A stretch of DNA of 64,000 nucleotides from Octopus vulgaris (lineage: Eukaryota). The position numbers and the translations under genes were made by a program. Numbering within the stretch: position 1 is the stretch's first letter; every line of letters begins with the position of its first letter. The stretch lies in assembly GCA_951406725.2 (NCBI GenBank), contig OX597815.1, forward strand, positions 54,808,001-54,872,000. The letters are read 5' to 3'. The notes below the pieces were generated by a model. That model was not told the origin of the DNA. It worked only from the letters and a program-made list of their open reading frames with translations, and did not search any database. Shown piece by piece: positions 39,584 to 52,714 of this stretch.

Positions 39584-40590
39584 TAACAAAATAATAAATG
39601 AAAAATAAAACATATGCATATATACATACATATATGTACGAACCTACATCTATATGTATATATACATGCATATATAGGTACAGGACACAAAAAAAAAACG
39701 TCGAACACAATGAGAAACGAAAACATAAAAACAGAACCATGAAAACGGACATTTTTTTAAACAACGAAAAAACAGGGTACAAGACATACAATACAAGGAA
39801 AGTTCCCCTTCTTCAGCCGCCTCCGTTTCGTTAACTCCGTTGCGGAGGGGTAAAAGTGGTAACAAAAACAGGACAGTAAAAATAGGACAGTAAAACTACA
39901 AATAAAAATAAAAACGGTAAACGACAGGACAAGTAGAATAACAGTAATACGAACGTTAAGTGCTGTTAAGCCGAACGAAAGGAAAATTATTTTGAACGAG
40001 TGAGAACAACGGCATAAGAAAGGGATAGGATGACGTCTATACTTGTTGAAGGCTGTGTTCAGAAAGACAGAAGGACTCTGGTCACATGTCAGCGACGAGA
40101 GGGAGGAGGAGGAGTAGTAAGAGAAAGGGAACGGTGAAAGGGAGAGAATGGCAGAGAAAACCAGAAAGAATGAAGAATGAGCGAGAGGGGGACAGTAAGG
40201 TTAAGAGTGCGCATCATAATTATTAAGATAAAACTTACTTGGAAGAGGATGAGTGGCGTTTCATCACATAATAACAAAATGATAAATAAAAAATAAAACA
40301 TATGCATATATACATACATATATGTACAAATTTTCCTTGTGTTGTATGTCTTGTACCCTGTTTTTTCGTTGTTTAAAAAAATGTCCGCTTCCATGGTTCT
40401 GTTTTTATGTTTTCGTTTCTCATTGTGTTCGACGTTTTTTTTGGGTGTCCTGTACCTACATATGCATGTATATATACATATAGATGTAGGTACGTACATA
40501 TATGTATGTATATATGCATATATTTTATCTTTTATTTATTATTTTGTTATTATATGATGAAACGCCACGCATCCTCTTCCAAGTAAGTTT

Positions 40591-40592
<2 letters not shown>
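39584..40592. mobile_element. PLE-like tandem-plus-inverted insertion inside the (TA)n of a CORE SINE (39408-40830)
   Basis: 688-bp unit restarts at 40272; 40332-40592 is an inverted copy of the unit junction region. Confidence 0.7.
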
Positions 40593-40657
<65 letters not shown>

Positions 40658-41431
40658 ATGTTTGTGTGTCCGTGTTTGTCCCCCACCATCGCTTGAGAAC
40701 CCATGTTGGTGTGTTTACGTCCCGTAACTTAACGGTCTGGAAAAAAACGATATAATAAGTACTAGGCTTATAAAGTCGATTTGTTCGACTGAAGGCGGCA
40801 GTCAAATGACTGAAACAAGTAAAGGAATAAAATGGCGGTTCATTGGCAGAGTATGGACAAAATACCTTGTGCTACTTGTTCTGGCTCTTTACGTTCTAAT
40901 TTTACGTTCTAATTTTAAATATCATTTCAACTTTGCTTTCCATCATTCCAGGATTGATAAAATTAGATACTAGTCAAGTGGTGGGTTGTTTCTTTTCTAC
41001 TCTAAGCACAAGGGGGAGAGACCAGTCGATTAGATCGACCCCAATACGCAACGGGTACGTAATTCATCGACCCTGAAAGGATGAAAAGCAAAGTCGAATT
41101 CGGCGGAATTTGAACTCAGAACGAAAAGACAGACAAAATACTGATAAACATTTCGCCCGGCGAGCTAACGCTTCTGCCAGCTCGCTGCCTTAGTCAAGTA
41201 GTAGGTTGTGTTAAATCAACTGACATCGCTCACAACCAAATTTCTAACCTTGTGCGAACATAATATTGTTTATAGTTGCTGAGCACTGCCACAATTTGGA
41301 CATTAATCTAATTTAATCAAACTGTAACCAATAAAATGTCATTTTTCTCACTCAGTCAATCATCTTGTTTTCTTTCTTTTACTAATTTATACTTTTTTAT
41401 TTTGTTAAATTTTTATCATAATCAATCATTA

Positions 41432-41463
<32 letters not shown>

Positions 41464-42539
41464 TTACTGATGTCTCGTGACACGAGAGTAGGCATATACT
41501 ATTACACACACACACACACACACACACTACAAGACCACATATATCCATTCAAACATACATACATACATACATACATACATACATACATACATACATACAT
41601 ACATACATACATACATACATACATACATACATAAATTCATACATACATACATACATTACTGGTGGAATATCCTAGTGAAAACGTCAATAAAATGTAAACA
41701 TAAAAGACCTGACATAATGATTTGAATTAGAGAAAAAAAACTGTGTACAGTTGTGGAAATCAGCTGTCCAGCTGATATTAACATAAAGCTAAAGATCGGC
41801 GAAAAAGAAAATACCTAGTCTGAACTATTGAGAAATGTACAGTTATTTTATCCCTGTAATTAGTGGGGCACTAGGATACGTTTAATCTGTAATTATTGGT
41901 CACTGGATATGTAACACACTGCCTAAATACCTGCCTTGAGAAATTAGGCTTCTCAAAACCAGAAAGGAGAAAACTGATTCGAAGACTACAGATTCAATCC
42001 ATCACTGGAACTGTGAAAATCTGTAAAACTTTCCAGAAGTTTATTATTTAAATATATATGAGTATGTCTAGGTATGCAAGTATATGCATGAGAATACCTA
42101 CATAAAACAAGACATACAAATCTGCACATATACATACATACAAAAATACCCCGTTGATGTTGATGAAATTCCAATTAAGGAGTCTTTAATCTAGGTTTAA
42201 AACCAGCTCTTTCTCTATTGGCAAGGAATCTTGAAATAAAACTTAATAATGACATACATACATACATACATACATACATACATACATACATACATACATA
42301 CATACATACATACATACAGACTGTCCTGAAATAAACTTAGAAAATGCCTGTTATAGAATACATTCATAAACACCAACACAAGGAATACTGGTAGAATATT
42401 CCCATCAAAATTTCTGTCAAATGTAAGCATAACATTCCTAAAGTGTCGTCACGATACTACATGAGATTTGAGTCCAGCAAAAGAAAGGCATGGTCTGTCA
42501 CAAACTGTGCACACAAAAAGGTCATTGTCATCCATCTTC

Positions 42540-43000
42540 TAGATCATAACACTCTCCCTTAGATCTCTTTTGAGTCTTACATGCGTTATCCTGGCTTCTC
42601 CAAATGCTTTCACTCCACACTTTTGTTTGCCATCCAACTCGATCCGAAGCAAAGGTTTCTGTATCTTCTAGATCCATTCCAAGTGACTTCATAGTAGTCC
42701 TTATGCCGTTCTTAAACCTTTTTTTTTATGTTTAAGCCGATAGCGTTTCCCCTCTGCAAGCTCACCATAAAACAGCTGTTTCAGCATACGTTCATCCGCC
42801 ATTCGAACAATATAACCACACCATTTCATTTTGGATCCTTAAATCATAGCTTTAATTGAGGTGATGCCCGTAGATGCAAGGACATCTGTGTTTGGAATAA
42901 AAGAACTCCATTTAATATTTAAAATGCGATGAAGGCATTTTTGGTGGAATTGTTCTAACAATTTAAAATGCCTTTCATAACAAGTCCATGCTTCACAATA
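42540..43000 (-). pseudogene. RTE-clade LINE C-terminal remnant
   Basis: Minus strand reads CEAWTCYERHFKLLEQFHQKCLHRILNIKW. Confidence 0.7.
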
Positions 43001-43883
43001 CATCTCATATTTTCAGCAGAAAGTTATAAATGAGTATATATCACGCAAGCTTGTGAATACCATCTATAACATTGACAGGAGTAATAACCTTTTCTGGATT
43101 TGTGAGACACATTCCATCTCACCTATAGAGTTAAGCCATTGCTTTCCACGGTCATGCAATAGCTACTAAATAGCTACTGATTAACAAGTGAGATACAATA
43201 GCTACTGATTGACAGGAGAGATGAGGATATCTCTAAACCTTCGCATTTTAATAGAAAATATCGATTGCCATGTGGGAAAGGTATCGCTCATCTCGACAGA
43301 AGCTGTACAAAATTTTCACATGATACTACCTTTCTAAGAGACACAACACTCTCACTAAAACCATCTACACAGATAATTGTAGAAAGTATTGTCCTGATAG
43401 CTATACGAAAGGTATACCAGGACCAGAATGTACCCTCACCTTTAAAAATAAAGAAAACTGGTAGAACATTCCAATAAAGACAACAACCCAGTCTATGTAT
43501 AATAGGACATATATCCTTCTATAAGGCAGGGTACGAAGATCATGATGTTATGGAGATCAACTGCCCGATATGTGTGAATATCTGTTAATAGACTGAAAGA
43601 GTAGTCGGTAAAAGATAACGTCTGATACACGATATAAAGGAAATATAAGTGATATTACTTTGGACATAACTACACCCCGCCGACTTTGTTGCATCATAAC
43701 TTCCAGAAAAATGGATACTTTCTTACGAAGCTTTCAATAAATAATCGCTTAGATCCTGTAGATTGAGTGTATGTAAAGATTTGTTGGAAAATTTTTTTTG
43801 ATGGGTTCGGGAGAGGAATTTCGAAAAGTTCACATGGCCCGATATTTTCTCTTTTATAACTTTCAGGAAAAAGAGAAAAAAAT

Positions 43884-44390
43884 AACGTAAGGGGGATCAG
43901 CCATCTGAATGTGGCTAGGGACAGGGCGGGGTGGTGGGGGTGTTACTGATGCTTTTAGCCCCAGGCGATCATCAACGTCACCAGAAGGACTGACACCATA
44001 TCAGTGTCCTTGTTTGCCTGTAAAGGGAGGTCATCCTCCCTCGAAGATACGGATACTACATACGGACCGGTTTCGAGGTCATTGCCTCTTATCAACGTAT
44101 GGTAAGTACCGCTCTTCGATGAAGGATTCCCTCTACAAGCAACATATATAAGGTTTTTCACAGTAACTACTGTCACTGATGTAGAAAAACTGTCTGAAAA
44201 CAATAATAAATCTCTGAACGAGATACCCCGCCCTGTCCCTAGCCACATTCAGATGGCTGATTCCCCTTACGTTGTCGAGCAGTTACTGTTTATATCTCGT
44301 TCAGAGATTTATTATTGTTTTCAGACAGTTTTTCTACATCAGTGACAGTAGTTACTGTGAAAAACCTTATATATGTTGCTTGTAGAGGGA
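43884..44390. mobile_element. Retrozyme-like element (family B relative) with inverted partial copy
   Basis: 43884-44225 antisense unit plus 44226-44390 inverted segment; shares TTTAGCCCCAGG and AAAGGGA.GTCATCCT.CC with the 352-bp array. Confidence 0.8.
44059..44101 (-). ncRNA. Type I hammerhead ribozyme motif, U3-A8 core variant
   Basis: CATACG-TTGATAA-GAGG-CAATGA-CCTC-GAAA-CCGG-TC-CGTATG. Confidence 0.75.
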
Positions 44391-45039
44391 CCCAATTGTT
44401 TCCTAAAGCTTATTAGAAAATTTTAGCCCCATTCTTCAAAACTCGTAAAAGCACTCTGATAGTAATCCTGTTTTATTTAAAGCTAGCTAGACTAAGCTTC
44501 AAAGAATTAAATGCTTCCCGAAAACTCGACTCGATAGCAGTAACAGAATCTAAACTGCTGAACATTCGAACAGTAAGATGGTCATCTATTGATTCATTCA
44601 TGTGTGATTTTCTTTGTATAATTTTTTTTTTATACCTGAAATTGTAATCAATAATTATCATGATTTTAACACATGAAAAGTGTGCATGTTAAAGTTGACA
44701 GTATACACATTTTAATATCACCGTCACTGTCTTGACTCTTGACTATCAAAAGATCATGTCTATTTAGACCTAAGTACTGCCATAGAACAACCATGCAACA
44801 GTGTACTATTGACTAGTGCTTGTAGAAAGGCTCTTCCATACTAACAAGTGAGTTATTCCCTGTATGAAGATGATATCTTCAGGAAGACCCCTATGAAAAA
44901 ATTGGTTTCAGGAATTGTTATTATCATACATGAAATTATAATGAATTATGTTACTCTATTTTCTAAGTAATATACAAAATAATTATATCTGCAATGTTTT
45001 TTTTATCTAATGTTTTTAATCTTTTGCTTAATGTTTCAG

Positions 45040-45278
45040 TATTCTTTGCGAATAATGCTATGGAACATCCTAAATATCGTTCTGGAGAATGGACAGAAGA
45101 AGAGACTTTACGGAATTTCTTGGACGGTTTGGACACACCTGGTTGCTGTGATGGCAAAGTAACCGAAGAGGAATTCATAAATTATTATGCTGGGGTCAGT
45201 GCTACTGTAGAAGACAGTAGCTACTTTGATCTTATGATGAGATCTACATACAAACTTCCGGCCAAATCTACTTGTTAG
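45040..45278 (+). CDS. Calcyphosin-like EF-hand protein, coding exon 2 (last)
   Basis: Acceptor TTTCAG at 45034-45039; phase 1 joins exon 1 as G|TA = Val. HPKYRSGEWTEEETLRNFLD...DGKVTEEEFINYYAGVSA...FDLMM is the calcyphosin C-terminus; TAG at 45276-45278. Confidence 0.92.
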
Positions 45279-45655
45279 GTGATAATTTAAAAACACTGGT
45301 CAAACAACTATACAGTCTCTACACAATGGAATTGTAATATAAAAGTTATGTTGCGAATACACACTCACATACACTCTCACACGTACACAGATACACACTC
45401 ACGTACGCACACACATACACATTCGCGCGTGCACACACACACTTATACACATATACAGAGAGAGAGGGGGGAGTGTCACAGGTATTTTAATTTATTTTCA
45501 AAATATACCTAATATACTGCTTTATTAAAACTGGTAGTAATATATGCTTATATATTCTCGCATGAATACAGCTTTATGTTCATGCATGACAGACTACAGA
45601 CATTCATGTATTTTTTATCTCGAAAAACAAAACCTAACCTACAAATGTATACATA

Positions 45656-46520
45656 CGTGGTCTGATCAATAAGTATCCGGACTGTTGCCATAGTAGTGAA
45701 GCTAAAGCAAGCAGAGTAAAGGCGCTTGGCACAGATTGGTCTTGAACTCAGGTGTGCATGTGCACTATGTTTTAACGTTCTAGCTCACTTCCGCTGTTTA
45801 CAGCAGTACATGGAAGGAAGGTGTGTAGCGTGTGATCGTCGCATTGACCATGACAGAGAAAGCTGAGCAGAGTATCTGTATCAAACTTTGCCAAAATTTT
45901 GGCGATACCTGCTCAGAGGCTTACGCAAAGTTTTCAGAAAGTTTTCATCGTTCTCAACACAATCAAAGAGATCTTATGCATCTGAAATCCGAGTGTTTTT
46001 TCATTTTTTTTTTATCAGCTGAAAGTAGTTTTCACACAAACTTGGCAAACACGAGTTTCATATTCAAATCTTCAGTGATAATGAACTGAACTGAAACGTA
46101 ACTAATCTGCACATCCTTTGATAACTCACGGATGGTGATTCGACGATTTCCCCTCACAGCTTCACGCACATCTGCGATGTTTTCTCAGTTCTGCGGGTTT
46201 CCCAGAATGTTCATCAATATCTGAACCACTCGTACACTTGTGTGCGGCTCATACACCTCTCTCCATACTCTTTCTGCAACTTTGCGTAGGCCTCTGAGCA
46301 AGAATCACTATGACAGCTTTCTCTGTCATTGTCAATGCGATGATCACACGCTACACACCTTCCAAGCACTGCTGTAAACAACGGAGGTGAGCTTAGAACG
46401 TTAAAACTTAGTGCACATGCACACCTGAATTTAAGGTTAATCTGTGCCAAGTGGCTTTACTCTTCGTGTTTTAGCTTTGTTACTATGGCAACAGTCTGGA
46501 TATTTATTGATCAAACTTCG
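45656..46520. mobile_element. Mariner-derived foldback element made of two inverted 5' halves
   Basis: TA-flanked. 45656-~45930 is inverted against ~46275-46520; both halves contain the transposase start region (MTEKA..., SEAYAK). Confidence 0.8.
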
Positions 46521-47649
46521 TACATACATACATATGTGCATGTTGTCACTCATATAAGTATTACTTAAAACTCAGTCGATGTATGGAAACTAATGAAAAT
46601 TGTAATCAAATAGTGCTATTTATTCTAAGTTACACAAATACACATGAAAACTTTTCAAATTTTACGGATGTTCTTATTTCTTTCCATCGGGGGTGGATCC
46701 AATTTATTTATACCAAAATTTGGGCCACCTTAATGAGACACACAATGAAGTGTGCATTGTAAATATTAGATTTTAAATTAAGGAAATATTCAGGATTATA
46801 TGTAATATTGAATATGGAGAATAAATGGTTACATAGGACAACTTCCTTTAGTTAGTGAGAAGAGGAGCAGAGATTGAATGAAATAAAATTTGCCTTAATT
46901 TTAAAAAGTAAACCTGTAACTAAACCACAGAGATGCTGAAAAAGAAGTTACCCATACTGCTATACTAGTGAAAGCTAAATCGATATTTTGTACAACTTCT
47001 TATGCAGTGCGTTTGATAGATCTTAATGAAAATCAATTTTCAATTACTTTCGACGACTAATGGCTATTTTTGTTTATTTTTAGTTTGGTCCATCTTTTTG
47101 GTTTGTATTCTGTAACTGAAAGTAATAGTTAATGTAATTTGTTACGATATTCTACGTAGGCCGATAATTTAGACCGATATAATTTTCATGATATTCTATA
47201 TAGGCCGGTAGGGTATCAACTATTGTTTATATATTAGTTTTGCTTCGTGTGTTGTATTACAACGTGTTACAATGGTTCCTTGTAGTAAATTATATGATCA
47301 GACGACGAAAAAGTGTCATATTTGGCCAACGTTCAGAACAAAATTATACGTTAACATACATCAATGTATGTTATACCCACACGTCAATGATGTATTCATT
47401 ACGGTGGACACATTGGAACAACAAAATTGATTGAAAAATTTTGGACAATTCTATCATCAAATTTTCCATTTTGCATAGTTTTAGTTCACATTCAGATAAC
47501 ACGCCCACCCTACTTTTAAATTTGAACATAGAATAAAGAACAACTTACATAGCACATCTGTATTCTCTAAAAGCAACAAATGCCTATATATGCACGGGGA
47601 TAGTCAGCTTCCTCATAGATATAAAATGGCTGTAATGAAATTCCTACCG

Positions 47650-48060
47650 ATTGTTAGTCATTAAATCTTTATCTATAAAAACTTGAAAATAGAAATCCCG
47701 AAGAATTAGACATTCATCAATAACAGATAGTCAAGCACTTTAGTAGGCCAATACAAATCGTAAAACAATACCAAAACTAATTCATTCACACACATATAGT
47801 AAATAGGACGCCCAGAAAAAAACATAGAAACTACATCTGTCGTATAGTACATGAACTAATTAGATCATTAACAAAAGCTCATAAAGTATAACACAACTTA
47901 ACAGCAAATTAACAAGAATAGGTTTTATTTGAACATACAGTATTACAAAAACACCAGAATTATCAACTTTCTCATCAACATGAAACAAAACTGCAAGCCA
48001 CAGAACATGTTTCAGATAACCAACGTAATATACAAATTTCGATGTAAACTTGGAAGCTGT
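47650..48060 (+). pseudogene. Penelope-like GIY-YIG endonuclease remnant
   Basis: QITNVIYKFRCKLGSC at ~48013-48060 resembles the PLE NVVYKF.C motif; upstream sequence is A-rich and decayed. Confidence 0.45.
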
Positions 48061-48889
48061 AAACTTGTTGCTTTTTTCTGCTGACTAAATATGATACATT
48101 TACGGTATTCTATGAGTACTCTATTGGTACTCTATTGATACTCTAACTATACTTCTGCATTGTTTTGCTTTCTTTGCTGTCTTCAACGTGTGGTGTGAAT
48201 GTTGGGACATTTTATATAACTCCAAGTAATTTTATTTTCTGTGTGTGGTGTCTTTGTAATTGAGTGTGGCAAAGTAAGACAGTGCACATTGTATTTACTA
48301 TTTACGTTAAGTCTGTTCTTTTGAAACAGGGTTAAAGTAGTTGTGTCTGGATAATACTTGGAAGATATTAGTATGAAGTTACATGCGCAAGTGGAGGTGT
48401 GGAAAAGATAGGTAAGAGACGGGTTCTTACGGTACTCCTTCGGCAAATTGCAATCCTAAAAATGTTGAGCTAACAGATGACTAGTTTAATAGTCAGTGTT
48501 CTGTGTTATGTTATAAAGAGGTATAGAGTATTTTTCACACAAGCGGACAGCAAAGTGTGGAGTCAAAAACATTCCTGATGTCGATAATAGTCAAATGGTG
48601 CATGCTGCAGATTGCTTCTATTTTCTTTCTCTTTTTGTTTTCTTGTTGAAACTGTCATGTATCTACTGTACTGGGGCATATGTAATTGCAGCTTTTGTTA
48701 TTTTAAACTTTGATTAATACTTTTGAATAAAATATTATCTAATTATGTCCATGCAATATACCATTATGAAGTGCAGATTTCGGTCTGTTAGTTTATGCTG
48801 ATGGTTTGCGTTTCACTGTTTATTGCTTTTTCTTTTTGTTTTTCATTTTAGACTATCAAATTAAAGATGGTAAAATAGCAAATTCATGC

Positions 48890-49619
48890 AATTTACTGTA
48901 TGTGTTCAAAATGGAACACAAAGTAGCAGAAACTACTCACAATATCAACAAAGTATTGATTCCAAAAGTTTCCTAGCAGAGACGAATGATAAAGATGGTT
49001 TCAGACCTTCTGTGATGATAACATCGCATGTGGATCATTGCGGAAGCGATCCCATGCAAACAATTTCTTGGTTGCAGAACTAGGCGTTGACAGTCAACAG
49101 TTGTTCGATATTTGCATCACAGTAGAAAGTAAAAAAAGGCTCGACAAAGAGGTACCGCTCGAGCTGAATGGAACTTCTTTTTTATTCGCCACCCTTACAT
49201 TTTCTACGCTTCTTTTGCACGACAAAAGCTACACTGTCACATGTGACGAACATTGCTTATACACAACAACTGACGGTATTTTGCGTATGACTGAACCTAG
49301 GTTAAGTACCAAAACATTTTCTCGAAATGAAGCTGCATCAAAAGGAGATTGTAGACACTATTTATTAATCGGCAAGTGGAATCATTCACAACTGTTTCTT
49401 AAGCCCCGACGAACACATCACAGCAGAGAAAAATATTTCCAGATATTTGACAAAATATACCAAAATATACAAGAATTACAAAATTTGCGTCTAGTATTGA
49501 TCAATCAAAATAAAAAAGCATATTGCCGAAATGACTCTGCCATGCTAAAGTTAAAAAGGACTGTCGATAGAATAAAATCAATCTTATTTTGGATGCTTTT
49601 ATTTATTTTGAATTCTTTT

Positions 49620-49662
<43 letters not shown>

Positions 49663-49720
49663 TTTTGGCCCCAGTTCAAACGTATCCCTTAGTTCTTTGG
49701 AGACTTTTTTCACATTTGCT
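48890..49720 (+). mobile_element. Old mariner remnant
   Basis: DKEVPLELN (WVPHEL-like) and TVTCDEH (IVTCDEK-like) in ORF 49038-49724. Confidence 0.55.
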
Positions 49721-50592
49721 ATAATTTCTTTTTGAAAGTTTCATATTTTTTAGATGGGCTTCTTATTTGAAATCTCTTTTCAGTGGCTGTCCTAAGTTAC
49801 AAGAATGCTCTTTTCTGACAAAATTTTCGTGGGTAATTTTAAGAGAGTTTGATACCATTTCGTATTTTGATCACTTTGCTCTGATTTCAACTTCAGTAAT
49901 GCATAAATTACGCATTTACTCATTGTTAGTCAGTGTAGTCCAGTGACATTGTACATTACTGTTGACTGAAGTTTATTTACATACAATCAAAGGCGAACCT
50001 TAATGGACACCCCTGGAAGATCTGAATATCTGAATTGTATGTCCATAAATTACCATTATTTTCCTGGAAATTTGCACTTAAGCACGACAGGCCATTCCTT
50101 CTGAAATTGTCCGTTTCTGTTAGTTTAAGAGTGAAATGTATATTTGAAATTTTCCGCTACATCCAGATCGCGCCTGCCTTTGGTCGTTAATATGATCTCA
50201 CGGGAATTTGTTGATAAAACATCAGCCTATCATGCTAGATTTGCCTCCGATTTAGCTGCAGAAAACCATCACCATGATACAATGGCACCTTGTATTCGAG
50301 ACCGCCTTATAAAGATTCTCTTCGGTTGCAATCCATTATCAGTCCGTCTTATCTAGAAGCTGTGATCGCTTTAACAATAAATAATCAAGAAAGAATATTC
50401 ATCTATTTACTTTGTCTATAGAACTTCAAGTAATGCATATCTAAGAATTCATAGCCGTGATGTTGACAGGTCCAGCACATTCAGCTTCACCAAGCCCTTA
50501 ACCCGCTAAGAAAAGTTGGCAGAAAAGCACTACATATTTGATGAATGTATTATGATCATTCCATGAACATAGCTTACTCAGGAATCTCTCTG

Positions 50593-50628
<36 letters not shown>

Positions 50629-52663
50629 CCCCTAGATACATTATGGTGAGAATTCTCTATGAAACCATATCATTAATTGAGAAACTTTATGTAAATAAAA
50701 GCATGCATATAAATATTAACTCTACATTTTGGCACAAGGCCAGCAATTTCGCGTGAGGAAGTAAGCCGATTACATCGACCCCTGCGCTCAACTAGTACTT
50801 ATTTTATCGACACCGAAAGGCAAAGTCGAACTCGGCGGAATTTGAACTTAGGGCAGATGGAATGCCGTAAAGCAGTTTACCCGGCGTGCTAACGATACTG
50901 CCAGCTCGCCACTTTTCAAACATCGTAGTTTAAAAATCAAATGACATTTTGTCAGGCGCTCAAATGATTCCACCAATCTACTGCCAACATGCGTATAAAT
51001 ATTAAAATCGAAAGACAAACACATACGTACGCACATTCGCGTACACACATATCCACATACATACACAAATATTTATACACTCACACATATAACTATGCAC
51101 AAACTATTGGGCAGTTGTATACAGGCAACGTATATACACCCACTAAATACGTATATCTTTTTATATTTGCATCCAAACATTGATGCAAACAAAATATCTA
51201 TGCATAAAAGCAAAACTGTAAACGGTACATCTTAAATAAAAATGTGCGATATAACAAATGGTATCTGCAAATTACATGATAATCATTTCTACTATAGACA
51301 CAAGACCTAAAATTTTGGGGGAGGAGAATGGTCGACTACATTAGTGCTTATTTTATCGACCTCGAAAGAGGATGAAAGGTGAAATCAACCTCCGCAGAAT
51401 TTAAACTCAGAAAGTAAAGACAGACGAAAAGCCGTCCGGCGTGAATGCAACACAATGCAGCAAAGAGACCAAAGTATGATTGAGTACTTAATAACTGACC
51501 AATTCAGTGGAATACATAAAAAAACAATCGATTAAATCACCATAAGTAGAGGAGGTTGAGTGAATAAAGCAACAGGAAATTACTAAAGGTGAAGCATATC
51601 GAAATTTATATCATTAATGTTATTGATTAATTTAATATAGTTCCTACAGATGCAATCGTATACCATCTTAATCCTTTCTACTACACGCACAACACCTGCA
51701 AGTTTGGAGGTACATTAGAATCCGAAAATATGGCCACTGATTTCATTTTTATTTATTGTATCAGTTCACAAACCGGAAACTTAAAACTGTTCTAAAATAT
51801 ACTATTGTCCCTATTTAGTTGACAACTATTAGGTGCTGCAACTATAGCATCCAGGTTCGGGGCTGCAGAACGGGAAAGATCTGGTAGTAAAGTTCTTAAA
51901 AATTCTGAAGAATAATTTTGGCACGTGTTTCACCTGAACAGTATACGGCGGAATATACTAGATAATGTTGCTACCGTTTTCTTTGACTGAATTTAGGCAA
52001 AACATCGTTTGCAGAGTTACAAACAAAAAGGCCTTTTAAGATTTTTCATATTTATTATTTCTGCTTCCTTGGAGCTAGATGCATACATCTACAAACCATT
52101 TCCCAATCCCAGTGAGAGGCTTAGTTATATAAATAAGTAGTTTTATCGTCATTATTTGCATTTGCTGAAATTTTCTGATCTGGAATTCAGCAGTACAGTG
52201 GAATTCTAGGATCTAAAATGGATATGCGATCTTTAAGCTACGCATGACTTGAATTTTTTTTTATTCATTAACGTAGATTATGGAATTTTCTACGATTTTC
52301 TACTTGATATGTGGTGTGGAGTTGGTCTTCAAGCCCTATACGTGCTTAACCAACTTAGTGACTTTAATTTTGTCCATGTGCCGGAAAAAAAGATAGGTGG
52401 TTAGCATAATTCTTCGATTAACTAGATGTAATTCTACTTCCCAATTAGGTTATCATGTAGCGTTGCTGTAATTTCTATCTCATATATGACTGAGTTTATT
52501 ATCATGCACTCTGGTCGAGTGAACAAGTTCCAAGGTCTCGTCAGTTAAAACTGGGAGTAGTCTCTTCGTGGTGTTTTCAGGTAATGATGCTCTTCATACT
52601 GGAGCTGCAGCTATTTGATAATTTAATTGAGCGTCTATTATACATTAATATCTATTAAATATC

Positions 52664-52713
<50 letters not shown>

Positions 52714-52714
<1 letters not shown>

